The notes under the pieces: generated by a model | Told to the model about the DNA's origin: nothing | Databases searched by the model: none | The model's input: the letters and a program-made list of their open reading frames with translations, nothing else | DNA from: Candidatus Bathyarchaeota archaeon | GTDB taxonomy: Archaea > Thermoproteota > Bathyarchaeia > 40CM-2-53-6 | Length of the DNA: 64,000 nt | Assembly: GCA_963706285.1 (NCBI GenBank) | Contig: CAVPLU010000008.1 | Span: 8,435 to 72,434 of the forward strand | Direction of reading: 5' to 3' | Shown: piece by piece, positions 1-9,800 of the stretch | Layout: each line of letters starts with the position of its first letter | How positions within the stretch are numbered: position 1 is the stretch's first letter | Made by a program: the position numbers and the translations under genes

Positions 1-138
1 AATGCGGCGTTGGCAGCTGTGAAGATACTCGGTGAGTGCGACGAGAACTTAGGCCGTAAAGTCAGAGAGTATCAGAGAGAGATGCAGCTGAAGAACGAGA
101 AGGCGGACCAAGAAATGCGTCAGGTCGGATCGAGTTAG
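1..138 (+). CDS. purE: N5-CAIR mutase (PurE), last 45 codons, truncated by window edge
   Basis: Frame-1 ORF is open from base 1 and ends at TAG 136-138. The ...AALAAVKILGECDENLGRKVREYQ... tail resembles the PurE C-terminal helix. It lies directly 5' of purC. Confidence 0.5.
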   Translation, partial: NAALAAVKILGECDENLGRKVREYQREMQLKNEKADQEMRQVGSS

Positions 139-1050
139 TTGGATCGCTCTTTGAAGCTCCTTCGAAGAGGCAAGGTCCGGGATGTCTACGATAAGGGTGA
201 AGAGCTGCTAATAGTCGCCTCGGACAGAGTCAGCGCATATGATGTCGTCTTACCGGACGAGATTCCTCGGAAAGGCGAATCGCTCACGAAACTGTCCGCC
301 TATTGGTTCACTAAGACGAACGGGATCGTACCTAATCACTTCCTAGAATGTGTGGATGACCGGTCGATCAGGGCGATCAAGGCTAAGCGAATAGATATCG
401 AATGGGTTGTCAGAAGCCGCCTCTATGGTTCCATGTGGAGAGCATACTCCAAAGGGAAAAGAGAGTTTGGAGGCGTCACGTTACCAGACGGGCTAGAGAT
501 GGCTGAGGAGCTACCGCAGACCATCCTTACTCCTACAACGAAGTCGGATGTCGGTCACGATCTCGACATAACCAAGAGTGAAGCCATCGGGCAGGGTCTA
601 CTGACCGGCGACGATTGGCGCGTCCTCGAGGAGGCATCCTTCAGGCTCTACGAGTTCTACCGCGATGAGGCAAGAGGGAGGGGCATAATACTGCCTGACT
701 TCAAGGTTGAGTATGGAAGAGCTAGGGGTGTCTTGATTCAGATCGATGAGCCTCCTACCCATGACTCAGCACGTTTTTGGGTTGAGAGATACTTCGAAGT
801 TGGAAAGGAGCAGGAGGCCCACGCTTTGGATAAGGAGTTCCTCCGAGTCTTCCTAAGAGAGTACCATGGGTTCACGGGAGAAGGGACTCCACCACGACTT
901 CCTCAGATGGTGATACAGGAAGTCTCAAAGAGATGTGTTGGAGCTTGCGAGGTTATTGATGGAAGCATGCAAATCGAAGATCTGCAGCTGAAAAGTTTGA
1001 ATGAGGTTATTGAAGAGTTGGGCGGTGAGGAGAGATCCCCGAAGACTTAG
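139..1050 (+). CDS. purC: SAICAR synthetase
   Basis: 303-aa ORF with RGKVRDVYD and ASDRVSAYD motifs. TTG 139 is the only in-frame start upstream of the conserved N-terminus, and it directly follows the purE stop. Confidence 0.93.
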   Translation: MDRSLKLLRRGKVRDVYDKGEELLIVASDRVSAYDVVLPDEIPRKGESLTKLSAYWFTKTNGIVPNHFLECVDDRSIRAIKAKRIDIEWVVRSRLYGSMWRAYSKGKREFGGVTLPDGLEMAEELPQTILTPTTKSDVGHDLDITKSEAIGQGLLTGDDWRVLEEASFRLYEFYRDEARGRGIILPDFKVEYGRARGVLIQIDEPPTHDSARFWVERYFEVGKEQEAHALDKEFLRVFLREYHGFTGEGTPPRLPQMVIQEVSKRCVGACEVIDGSMQIEDLQLKSLNEVIEELGGEERSPKT

Positions 1051-1103
1051 TTTCGAAATTCAGCGCTTGTTCTCCGACTGACTACAGGTATTCAGTAAAG
1101 GAC

Positions 1104-2430
1104 TTGGATCAGTACCTGTCAGCAGAGGCGTCTGTCAAGTATCAGGCAATTGTGGAAGGAGCTCTCGCTCAAGCTCTCGCACGCCAAGGCATTTGTCCGC
1201 CAAGTATCGCAGATGAGATCGCGAATGCAGCCAAAACCGTCACCGCGTCTGAAGTTGAGAGTGAGGAGAAGCGAGTAAGACATGACGTTCGTGCGCTTGT
1301 GAATGTTATCCAGCGAAAGGTTAGCGATGCCGCAAAACCTTACGTGCATCTGGGAGCAACATCCTACGACATTGTTGATACGGCCAGGGTTCTGAGATTT
1401 CGTAAGGCTGTCGAGGCCGTAATCATACCTGACATGGTCGCGCTTGAGAAAGTCTGGATCGATCTGGCAAGGCGTGAGAGAGATGAGGCCCAGATCGGCA
1501 GAACCCACGGTCAGTTTGCCGAGCCGATAACTTTCGGCTTCGCAATATCTCAATACGTTGACCGCTGGGGCTCACGGATCCTAGCACTCACACAGTCTGC
1601 ACGCGAACTGGTCGGGAAGTTCTCCGGAGCAGTTGGGGCTCACAACGCTCTGTCACTTCTTGACAGGCAAGCCAGAGGAACTGGAGAGGGACTTGCTGTC
1701 GTCATTGGGTCTCAAGCCGGCGCGCATATCAACTCAGATCGTCCCACCTGAGAGTTCCACAGATCTGATCCACGCCGTGATATCTGCATGGGGAGTTCTC
1801 GCGAACTTCGCGAGAGACATGCGTCATTTGCAGAGGTCAGAGATAGGCGAAGTTGGGGAACCCTTCGAGGAGGAGCAGGTCGGCTCGTCCACGATGCCCC
1901 AGAAACGCAACCCGATCACCTTCGAGAACGTCGAGAGTCTATGGAAAGAATTCGTTCCAAGAATGATTACGAAGTACCTGGATCAGGTCTCGGAGCATCA
2001 GAGGGATCTCACGAACTCGGCCTCGCAAAGATATGATGCCGAATTCCTTGTCGTATTCGACTTCTGCGTTAGGAGGATCACCAACGTGTCCCGAAAGCTC
2101 CGGGTTGACAGCAAGAACCTGAAGCGGAACCTTGAGCAAGCCTCTCCGTCGTTAGTGGCTGAGCCATTGTATGTTCTTCTTGCCTTGGCCGGTGATTCGC
2201 AGGCTCATGAACATGTCAGGAGGCTAAGTCTCGAATCATCCCGTGCAGGTCGACCGATAGTGGAGCTTGCATTATCGGACCAGTCCCTCAAACCATACCT
2301 GCAGAAGATCTCTCCTCTACAAATGGAAGCGATCCGGAACCCACTCAAGTACGTAGGAATTGCACCAGCGAAAGTGGACAAGGTTCTCGCATATTGGGAG
2401 GATAAACTGAAGCGAGAAGGGCTCTGGTGA
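1104..2430 (+). pseudogene. purB: Adenylosuccinate lyase, split by one +1 frame break near 1662 (true 5' end probably ~1067-1080)
   Basis: ORFs 1104-1751 (frame 0) and 1633-2430 (frame 1) together give a full-length PurB. Supporting motifs are DYRY, GATSYDIVDTA and the fumarate-lyase signature GSSTMPQKRNP. Homology switches frame at ...ALSLL|(T/D)GKPEELERDLL... Confidence 0.9.
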
Positions 2431-2472
2431 GGCCTCGACTCCCCAGATGCTGCTGAGAGACAGAATCCACCG

Positions 2473-3660
2473 ATGGGAGAATCTCCAAGAATGACCGAAT
2501 CGAAATACGAGAAGCTAGGCGTGGACATACACAAGAAAGGAATAGAGGTCTTCAAGCCGAGCATACGCGCACTGTTTTCGACCGCGTTCTGTGCCGTTAA
2601 GCAAGATCCACAATTCCCGGAATACGCGCTGATCGCTCACGCAGACGGTGCTGGTAGCAAACCAGTCCAGAGCTACCTCAACTACAAGGAGACTGGAGAG
2701 CTATCGGCATTCAGGGGGATCGGGCAAGATGTTGTCGCTATGAATCTGAATGACATAGCGTGTGTCGGCGCGGCTCCCATCAGCTTCGTTGACTACGTGG
2801 CGCTGAACAAATCCAAAATCCCCAAGGAGGATCTCCTCAGAATTCTCAACTCAGAATTCACTGAGCTGACCGAACTTCTACGAGCGCACGGCGTCACGTT
2901 GCCATTCGACGGCGGCGAGACTGCGGATCTTCCGGATCAGTTGTCGACGCTTGATGTTTCAGGATTCATGGAGGGCAGGGTCAAGTTGTCGAAGGTGATC
3001 ACGGGACAAGAAATCCGGTCAGGCAACAAGATCGTTGGGCTGCGAAGCGGAGGGAAGGCACGCTACGAGAGCAAGCTGAACAGCGGAATTATGTGCAATG
3101 GAATCACGCTAGCCAGACACTGCCTGATGGCTGGTGAGTACGAGAAGAAGTATCCGGAAATCCTAGGCAAGGATACGCCCGGATATTCTGGCCGTTACAG
3201 AGTCGGAGACTATGTGGATGAGCTGGAAATGACGGTTGATGCCGCAATCACTTCTCCAACGCGCATCTTCGCTCCAGTAGTTTTCAAAATCCTCGACACT
3301 GTCGGCTCCTCGGTAACTGGGCTCGTGCACAACACAGGCGGCGGACAGACGAAATGCCTCAAACTAGGAAAAGGACTACGATACGTCAAACACCCCAAAC
3401 ACCTCACCCAGCAACCAGATCCCATCTTCACTATCATACAGAAGGAGTCAGGCGAGTCGTGGCGAGACATGTATCAGAACTTCAACATGGGAGTCGGGTT
3501 CGAAGTCATTCTAGAGCAGGACGCCGTTGATCCGGTGCTCAGTATCGCTGAGAGCTTCGGAGTTGAAGCCAGAGAGATAGGTCACGTTGAATCTAGTCCT
3601 GATGGAAATCAGGTTGTCATCGAGAGCAATCTCGGGAAATTTGTTTACGACCAAATATAG
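2473..3660 (+). CDS. purM: AIR synthase (phosphoribosylformylglycinamidine cyclo-ligase), long form
   Basis: 395-aa ORF of the PurM superfamily (KYEKLGVD, AHADGAGSK, DVVAMNLNDIACVGA, GGETAD). Operon position is between purB and purS. ATG 2491 is an alternative start. Confidence 0.82.
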   Translation: MGESPRMTESKYEKLGVDIHKKGIEVFKPSIRALFSTAFCAVKQDPQFPEYALIAHADGAGSKPVQSYLNYKETGELSAFRGIGQDVVAMNLNDIACVGAAPISFVDYVALNKSKIPKEDLLRILNSEFTELTELLRAHGVTLPFDGGETADLPDQLSTLDVSGFMEGRVKLSKVITGQEIRSGNKIVGLRSGGKARYESKLNSGIMCNGITLARHCLMAGEYEKKYPEILGKDTPGYSGRYRVGDYVDELEMTVDAAITSPTRIFAPVVFKILDTVGSSVTGLVHNTGGGQTKCLKLGKGLRYVKHPKHLTQQPDPIFTIIQKESGESWRDMYQNFNMGVGFEVILEQDAVDPVLSIAESFGVEAREIGHVESSPDGNQVVIESNLGKFVYDQI

Positions 3661-3682
3661 TAGTCATGGTTAGGGTGTGAGT

Positions 3683-3943
3683 ATGCTCTATCGAGTCAAG
3701 ATCGTGGTGCGACCTCGTGAGGGTGTCTCTGATCCGGAAGGAGAGACGTTAAGCCTAAGACTGAAGCGGAAGGGAATCCAAGGACTGAGCAGAATCAGAT
3801 CCGGGAAGTATTGGGAAGTCTATCTCGAATCTAGCTCAAGAGAAGAAGCTGAAGAAAGAGCTCGACAGATCTACGGTGGCCCGCCAACCATGAATCCGGT
3901 GAAGGATGATGCTCAGGTCATAGCGATCGAGGAAGTCGGATGA
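3683..3943 (+). CDS. purS: FGAM synthase subunit PurS
   Basis: About 86 aa, MLYRVKIVVRPREGVSDPEG, a typical PurS N-terminus. GGTG lies 8 nt upstream of ATG 3683. The ORF track extends to GTG 3677. Confidence 0.88.
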   Translation: MLYRVKIVVRPREGVSDPEGETLSLRLKRKGIQGLSRIRSGKYWEVYLESSSREEAEERARQIYGGPPTMNPVKDDAQVIAIEEVG

Positions 3944-6342
3944 CCTTCGAAGCCTATACAAAAAGAGAAAACGCTCCTTTCCCCCTTTTCGAGATCGATC
4001 TTGGCAAATCAGACGAGAAACAACTCCTCACTCTGAGTGCCGAACTTGGCCTTGCTCTTTCTCTGAACGAGATGAAAGCGCTCAAGGCGTATTTCAGGAA
4101 ACTTGGCCGGAATCCAACAGACATTGAGCTTCAAACCTTCGGACAGACATGGTCGGAGCATTGTATTCACAAGACGTTCAAAGGAGAAGTAGTCACGCCA
4201 GACGGCCGCGTATTGGCTAAGAACCTGTTCAACACGTTCATCGCAAAACCTGTCAAAGAGCTTAAGCCGGCATGGTGCCTCGACACTTTTCGAGACAATG
4301 CAGGAATTGTTTCCTTCGAGAGAAGGAAAGGCGTCTCTTACGGAATCGCGGTGAAAGTTGAGACGCACAATCATCCGTCAGCCATTGAGCCTTTCGGAGG
4401 CGCCGCAACAGGAACCGGTGGCGTGATCCGTGACATCCTCGCGGTCTGGGCTAAACCAATCGCGTGCACTGACGTGCTGTGTTTCGGACCATTGGATTTC
4501 GATAAGAATGCCCTGCCTAAGGGAGTGAATCATCCTACCTACATATTCGACGGCGTCGTCGCTGGCGTAGGAGCATATGGGAACAACATGGGCATTCCGA
4601 CCGTTAACGGAGCGATCTTGTTTGACGAAAGCTACGTGGGTAATGTAGTCGTGTATTGCGGATGCGTCGGCATACTTCCAATGAACAGGTTCGTCAGGAA
4701 CACAAAACCCGGCGACGTGGTTCTCCTTGTTGGAGGCAAGACGGGAAGAGATGGGATCCATGGAGTAACATTTGCTTCCGCAGAGTTGGCTGAAAGCTCC
4801 GAAGTGACATCTCTCTCCGCAGTTCAGGTTCCGAATCCAATAGAAGAAGAGAAACTGAAACGAGCAATCCTAGAAATCAGAGACCGCAAACTCGCTTCCG
4901 GAATCACGGATCTTGGAGGCGGAGGTCTCTCATGCGCTGTCAGCGAGATGGCTCACAGATCCAACTGCGGCGCTGACGTGGAACTTGAGCATGTTCCTCT
5001 GAAAGAGACAGTTCCACCTATGGTGCCATGGGAGATCTGGGTTTCCGAGGCTCAAGAGAGGATGCTGCTCTCTGTTCCGGAGAGGAAACTCAGCAAGGCT
5101 CTCAGCGTCTTCGAAAGTGAAGACGTTGAAGCAACTGTGATGGGGAGATTTACTCGCGGTCGAACATTACACGTTCGTCATCAGAGCATTCCTGTCCTCA
5201 AGATTGATCTTGGCTTTCTATTCTCGCCTCCAATGGTAAGGAGAACCGCCCAAGTCAATGAAGCCCAGACAGTCGAGCCGAAATTTGATCCGCCAGACGA
5301 TCTTGAGGAGACAATCACTGGACTTCTCTCAACGCCAAACATCACAACCCGAGAACCGGTCATTCGCACATACGATCATGAGGTGCAGGGCAACACTGTG
5401 CTCAAGCCTCTTCAGGGAGCTTTCGCTGCGCCAAACGATGCTGCCGTCTTGAAGCCTCTGTCTGACTCGTATAGGGGAGTTGTAATTTCGTGCGGGATCA
5501 ATCCGAACTATGGAAAGCAGGATTCGTACTGGATGGCTGGCTCCGTCATTGACGAAGCGTTGAGAAACAATGTCGCAGTCGGAGGGAGAAGGATAGCTCT
5601 GCTCGACAACTTCACGTGGGGAAGCCCAGAGAAGCCTGACAGGATGGGAAGCCTTCTGCAGGCGTGTCGCGGATGCTACGACTTCGCAAAAGGTTACGGA
5701 ACTCCATTCGTTTCTGGAAAAGACAGCCTCTACAATGAGTCGCCGCTCGGCTCAGTAACGCCCACGCTCCTAGTGACCGCTCTCGGCATAATCCCCGACG
5801 TTCGCCAAGCGGTTTCTGTCGAACTGAAGAAGCCAGGCAACCACGTCTACTTGATCGGCGCAACTCATCCTGAACTGGGCGGTTCCGAATACTTCCGACT
5901 CAGAGGGATTACAGGAGGATCTGTTCCAAGAGTCAGGCTTCCGATCGCGAGAAGAGTGATGCAAACCGTCACTTCTGCGATCGACAGCGGATGTGTCAGG
6001 TCATGCCATGACCTCTCAGAGGGAGGCCTAGCAGTTGCCGCAGCCGAGATGACTCTCGGAACGAAGTATGGCCTAGATCTCGATCTAGATTTAGTTCCAT
6101 CTCCAGAGCAGCTTCGAGATGATGTGGTTCTATTTTCCGAGTCAAACACTAGATTCCTCGTTGAGGTCGACTCTAAGAAAGTACGAAAATTCGAGAGCCT
6201 GACGCGGAAGGTTCCGTGCAGCATGTTGGGTGAAGTCCGAAGGGACGAACGCTTCATCATCCGAAGAGGAAACCGTGTCGCAGTAAGCATGGATGTCGTG
6301 GACTTGCGTGCCGCTTGGAAGAAACCTATCGAGGCGACGTGA
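3940..6342 (+). CDS. purL: FGAM synthase II (PurL)
   Basis: 800 aa with VETHNHPSAIEPFGGAATGTGG and DLGGGGLSCA motifs. ATGA overlap with the purS stop. Confidence 0.95.
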   Translation: MTFEAYTKRENAPFPLFEIDLGKSDEKQLLTLSAELGLALSLNEMKALKAYFRKLGRNPTDIELQTFGQTWSEHCIHKTFKGEVVTPDGRVLAKNLFNTFIAKPVKELKPAWCLDTFRDNAGIVSFERRKGVSYGIAVKVETHNHPSAIEPFGGAATGTGGVIRDILAVWAKPIACTDVLCFGPLDFDKNALPKGVNHPTYIFDGVVAGVGAYGNNMGIPTVNGAILFDESYVGNVVVYCGCVGILPMNRFVRNTKPGDVVLLVGGKTGRDGIHGVTFASAELAESSEVTSLSAVQVPNPIEEEKLKRAILEIRDRKLASGITDLGGGGLSCAVSEMAHRSNCGADVELEHVPLKETVPPMVPWEIWVSEAQERMLLSVPERKLSKALSVFESEDVEATVMGRFTRGRTLHVRHQSIPVLKIDLGFLFSPPMVRRTAQVNEAQTVEPKFDPPDDLEETITGLLSTPNITTREPVIRTYDHEVQGNTVLKPLQGAFAAPNDAAVLKPLSDSYRGVVISCGINPNYGKQDSYWMAGSVIDEALRNNVAVGGRRIALLDNFTWGSPEKPDRMGSLLQACRGCYDFAKGYGTPFVSGKDSLYNESPLGSVTPTLLVTALGIIPDVRQAVSVELKKPGNHVYLIGATHPELGGSEYFRLRGITGGSVPRVRLPIARRVMQTVTSAIDSGCVRSCHDLSEGGLAVAAAEMTLGTKYGLDLDLDLVPSPEQLRDDVVLFSESNTRFLVEVDSKKVRKFESLTRKVPCSMLGEVRRDERFIIRRGNRVAVSMDVVDLRAAWKKPIEAT

Positions 6343-7179
6343 ATGCGGCGAAAGTCCATCCGCATATGCATCATGCGAGCTTGTGGCACCAATTGTGACG
6401 AAGAGACGCGAGCCGCCTTTGACGCGCTTGGAGTCAAAGCAGACATCGTTCACGTGAAGAGCGCAATTACGAATGGAGACCTACTCGACTATCATGGCAT
6501 AGTTTTTCCTGGCGGATTCGCTTACGGCGACTACGTGCGAGCTGGAGCGATTTGGGCAGATGTCCTTCGTGATGAGCTTGGAGAATCGCTACGACAATTC
6601 GCAGACGCGGGTCGTCCGATCCTAGGCATATGTAACGGCTTCCAAGTTCTGGTCGAGACAGGTCTGCTTCCGGGATTGGAGAATGCGGACGGTTCACTAG
6701 ACGCGGCGTTGGCGGGCAATGTGCCGGCTGGCTATCGTTGCACTTGGGTCTCATCGGATGATTATTTGTACGTTAGACAGGACAATTCCGGCAAATGCTT
6801 GTTCACTCGAGGAATCCCCAAAGCGAGTCTACTACGTCTGCCGATCGCGCATGCTGAAGGAAGGCTTCTTTTCCCGAGAGGAAGAGAGAAGGAATGCTTC
6901 CAGAAGCTTTTGGATAATGACCAGGTAGTATTCAGATTCGCCAAATCCGATGGAAAACTCGCCGAGGGGCTTTTCCCTCATAATCCGAATGGATCGATGT
7001 ATGATATTGCTGGAATATGCAACGACACCGGAACGGTGATGGGGTTGATGCCCCATCCTGAGAGAGCGTTCTTCGGGTACCAGCTGCCCGACTGGACGCA
7101 GTTGTCAAAAGTTCCTGAATACGCTGATGGCAAGCCGATCTTCGAATCTATGGTCAACCACATCGTCAAAATGGGCTGA
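6343..7179 (+). CDS. purQ: FGAM synthase I, glutamine amidotransferase (PurQ)
   Basis: 278 aa with the GICNGFQVL nucleophile elbow and MPHPERAF. It starts immediately after the purL stop. Confidence 0.94.
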   Translation: MRRKSIRICIMRACGTNCDEETRAAFDALGVKADIVHVKSAITNGDLLDYHGIVFPGGFAYGDYVRAGAIWADVLRDELGESLRQFADAGRPILGICNGFQVLVETGLLPGLENADGSLDAALAGNVPAGYRCTWVSSDDYLYVRQDNSGKCLFTRGIPKASLLRLPIAHAEGRLLFPRGREKECFQKLLDNDQVVFRFAKSDGKLAEGLFPHNPNGSMYDIAGICNDTGTVMGLMPHPERAFFGYQLPDWTQLSKVPEYADGKPIFESMVNHIVKMG

Positions 7180-7265
7180 CCTAGCTCGTTCCATTTTCCA
7201 GATTACATGCCGTGTATCAAGCAGAACTTCATGCAACTGATCGAATTCCGAACATGATCTGCTCT

Positions 7266-8177
7266 CTAGTACGGGTTGAGTAGGTTCTTCTCCAACCCAT
7301 GTGTGGTCAGGATAGTATTCCAGAGGAGCCTTCCGCGAGTCATCAGGCCAACCCCTTTCAGATTTGGCGTGATGTAGGAAGCCTTGGGTGCCACATCGTT
7401 AAAGTCGACATCGAAGTGTAGTCTTCCGGAAACGGGGTCTTTCTTTGCTCCTACCCCGACCACAACTGCGCCTTCCTTGATCATGCTTGAAGTCAACTGG
7501 AAAGTGTCTTCAAAGTAGAGTCCAGGGGGTCTTCCGGCCGCCGACACCACAATATCCGCCTCTTTGATCCTGTTAAGCGAGTTTCGTGTTGCCCGGTGGC
7601 AACATACTGGCGTCGCGTTGCGATCCATGAAAAGTTTCCAGAGAGGTTTCCCAACTAGGTCGCTGCGTCCAATGATGACTGCATTCGCGCCTTCGATCTC
7701 TACTTCGTATCGATCGAGAAGCTCGATCACGCCTGCAGCGGTGCAGGGCAGTATGTCGTTCTCGAAATCGTAGCGGCTCATGAGCTTCCCTTTGTTCTTA
7801 GGAGTTAGTCCGTCAACATCTTTTTCTGGGATGAGGATTTCGAATGGTCTGTGCTTATCGAAGGAGTCTGGTAGAGGCATCTGAACGAGAATACCTGTGA
7901 TGTCGTCTCTGATGTTCAACTCTTCTATCTTGGCGTATAGTTGCCTCTCCCTCTCTTCAGGTGCGTACTTGTAGATCTCTGACACTTCGGAGTAGATGCC
8001 GACTTCTTTGCAGTCCTGCTGCTTCATGGAGACGTACATTTTGGCTGTTGAGTCGTCTTTTGGAAGTATGGCTGCTAAGCCGGGGGTGATTCCCTTCTTC
8101 TTGAATTCTCGTACCTCGTTGGCTACTTTCTCTTTCGTCTGCTGGAAGATTAGCTCGGCAGTCATTATGACTGGCAA
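7266..8177 (-). CDS. folD: Methylene-THF dehydrogenase / methenyl-THF cyclohydrolase
   Basis: 303 aa with a FolD-like N-domain (PGLAAILPKDD...YVSMKQ) and the Rossmann motif IIGRSDLVGKP. Confidence 0.88.
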   Translation of the reverse strand: MPVIMTAELIFQQTKEKVANEVREFKKKGITPGLAAILPKDDSTAKMYVSMKQQDCKEVGIYSEVSEIYKYAPEERERQLYAKIEELNIRDDITGILVQMPLPDSFDKHRPFEILIPEKDVDGLTPKNKGKLMSRYDFENDILPCTAAGVIELLDRYEVEIEGANAVIIGRSDLVGKPLWKLFMDRNATPVCCHRATRNSLNRIKEADIVVSAAGRPPGLYFEDTFQLTSSMIKEGAVVVGVGAKKDPVSGRLHFDVDFNDVAPKASYITPNLKGVGLMTRGRLLWNTILTTHGLEKNLLNPY

Positions 8178-8179
8178 AT

Positions 8180-8965
8180 CTATTCCTCGTTCAAAGTTCT
8201 TCCACTATCAGTCCACTGTTTCCTTTGCCACTCGATGAATGCTCGTTGTCGCTGATTCCATTCATTCTCCCATTCATCGCTCAAGTCTATTGAAACAGCT
8301 CTGTAGGTTCGAATGTTGTGCTCGTCGTGTGTGGTGATTTCGTGCACTCGAAGTCTCTTATCTGCGTAAAGCTGGATTGCCTTTGAGTAGATTCTGTGCT
8401 CGTGGACTAGTACTCTCTCTGACAGCGACTGAATCGCCTCGTCTCTTTTGGTTGCAAACAATTCTCGTTCCGATTCTAAGACCCTGACAGGGTATTGAAG
8501 TATTATGGGGCCTTTCTCAACGCTTACGTCAACAAAGAATACTGTGCACCCTGTCAACTTCACGCCATATTCCAAAGCAGCTTCATGCACGTATCTTGCA
8601 TTCAGTCCCTTCGATCCGAATGAAGGAAGAAGCGCCGGGTGAATGTTCATCATTCTCCAGCGATACTTCTGAAACAGTTCAGATCCGATTACTCTATCCC
8701 AACCGGCAAAGCAGACCAGTTCCACGTCATGCGAATCGAGGACAGTGGCTAACTCATGTTCGAAGTCCGTCCGATCCTTGCCGGTGTGATCTACAAAATG
8801 GGTTGCGATTCCGAATTTCGTCGCAGTGTCTTTGACTCGGGCTTCAGGATTGTTGTAGACTAGTACGCTTAGGTTGACTCCCTGAAAGATGCCTAGTTCC
8901 TGATGTTGTAGCATTGCTTCGAAGTTTGATCCTCTTCCTGAGGCTAGGACGCCAATATTTACCAT
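8180..8965 (-). CDS. purN: GAR formyltransferase (PurN) with ~60-aa C-terminal extension
   Basis: IGVLASGRGSNFEAM, NIHPALLP and FFVDVSVEKGPII (N/H/D catalytic pattern). ATG 8965 avoids overlap with the upstream gene. The ORF track extends to 9001. Confidence 0.8.
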   Translation of the reverse strand: MVNIGVLASGRGSNFEAMLQHQELGIFQGVNLSVLVYNNPEARVKDTATKFGIATHFVDHTGKDRTDFEHELATVLDSHDVELVCFAGWDRVIGSELFQKYRWRMMNIHPALLPSFGSKGLNARYVHEAALEYGVKLTGCTVFFVDVSVEKGPIILQYPVRVLESERELFATKRDEAIQSLSERVLVHEHRIYSKAIQLYADKRLRVHEITTHDEHNIRTYRAVSIDLSDEWENEWNQRQRAFIEWQRKQWTDSGRTLNEE

Positions 8966-8984
8966 GTGACTTGTTTCACCATCT

Positions 8985-9800
8985 TCAGAGTCGAAATCCA
9001 TTAGGCATCAATACGTCATCAACGTAGACGTTTCCTTCTCCGTCGAGAGCGTATCGACCCTCACCAATCATCTCCAGAGTCTTCGGGTAGATTATCCAGT
9101 CACCATTCTTCTTAAGCTTGGTCTGATGTTCGTCGACAATTCGTTTCAAGATTTCAGCGTTTTCCGCCTTTAGAAGGTCATGAAGGCCAAGGTTTTCCGG
9201 CAGAATTACTTCTACGGGCGGTGATCGCATCAGAATCTCTCCGTAGTCCACTTCTGGTCTCACAATATGTGTCGTCGAATGAAGCGTCTTTTCACCTGCT
9301 AGTATGGCATCTCGGACAGCATTGATGCCAGTGTATTTTCTCTTTCCCGCTTCTTTCACGGATAGATCAGCAGGGTGCACATTTACGACGTGTGCTTCGT
9401 ACTTCTCAAGAAGACCGGTTGTCACGATGCTCATGTATCCACAGAGGGCAACAAGGTCGAGATCGTATTTGGCGATCAGGTCCGCGACTTTCCGATCGTA
9501 TTCAGGGCGAAGGGAAAGGTCTCTCTTTGTCTCATGGCCGTGCTGCCTGTAGAATTCCATGATGTCAATGCATTTGTAGTCGATTCCGTACTGCGATGAT
9601 ATTTGCTGCGCTTTGCATTTCTGGTTTGATGGGTCAAAGACGTCCGAGAATACTAGGATCACTTTGTAGGGGCATCTGCTACCTTTCTGGGATTGATTCT
9701 CAAGAATCTTGACAAGGTTCGTTCCTGAGCCTGACATGAAGCATGCTACTTTCATCGGACTCGCGCGGTGCTCAGGGTCGAAGACTCTCTCAAGCGGCAA
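8985..9800 (-). CDS. Second PurN-like formyltransferase-fold protein
   Basis: 271 aa with FMSGSGTNL, VNVHPADL and VRPEVDYGEIL. It has the same fold signature as PurN but is divergent. It sits in tandem between purD and purN. Confidence 0.7.
   Translation of the reverse strand: MPLERVFDPEHRASPMKVACFMSGSGTNLVKILENQSQKGSRCPYKVILVFSDVFDPSNQKCKAQQISSQYGIDYKCIDIMEFYRQHGHETKRDLSLRPEYDRKVADLIAKYDLDLVALCGYMSIVTTGLLEKYEAHVVNVHPADLSVKEAGKRKYTGINAVRDAILAGEKTLHSTTHIVRPEVDYGEILMRSPPVEVILPENLGLHDLLKAENAEILKRIVDEHQTKLKKNGDWIIYPKTLEMIGEGRYALDGEGNVYVDDVLMPNGFRL

Noticed and set aside
1025-1081. The frame-2 peptide VRRDPRRLSFEIQRLFSD upstream of purB looked like the E-M-R-x-I-F-S-E segment of PurB N-termini.
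   Set aside because: In real PurB that segment follows the DxRY motif. Here it would precede it, and the correct counterpart (SVKDLDQYLSAEA) is already present in frame 0. Only the TTG at 1067 is retained as a possible start (see the purB finding).
5865-6446. Long antisense or shadow ORFs inside well-supported genes. Examples: 5865-6446 and 4378-4761 in purL, 19742-20140 and 20061-20474 in the thermosome, 16362-16949 in arcC, 51816-52343 opposite hisI, 46955-47485, and 35464-35877.
   Set aside because: They overlap strongly conserved genes on the other strand or in another frame. Their compositions are skewed (Ser/Arg/Pro-rich) and they have no recognisable motifs.
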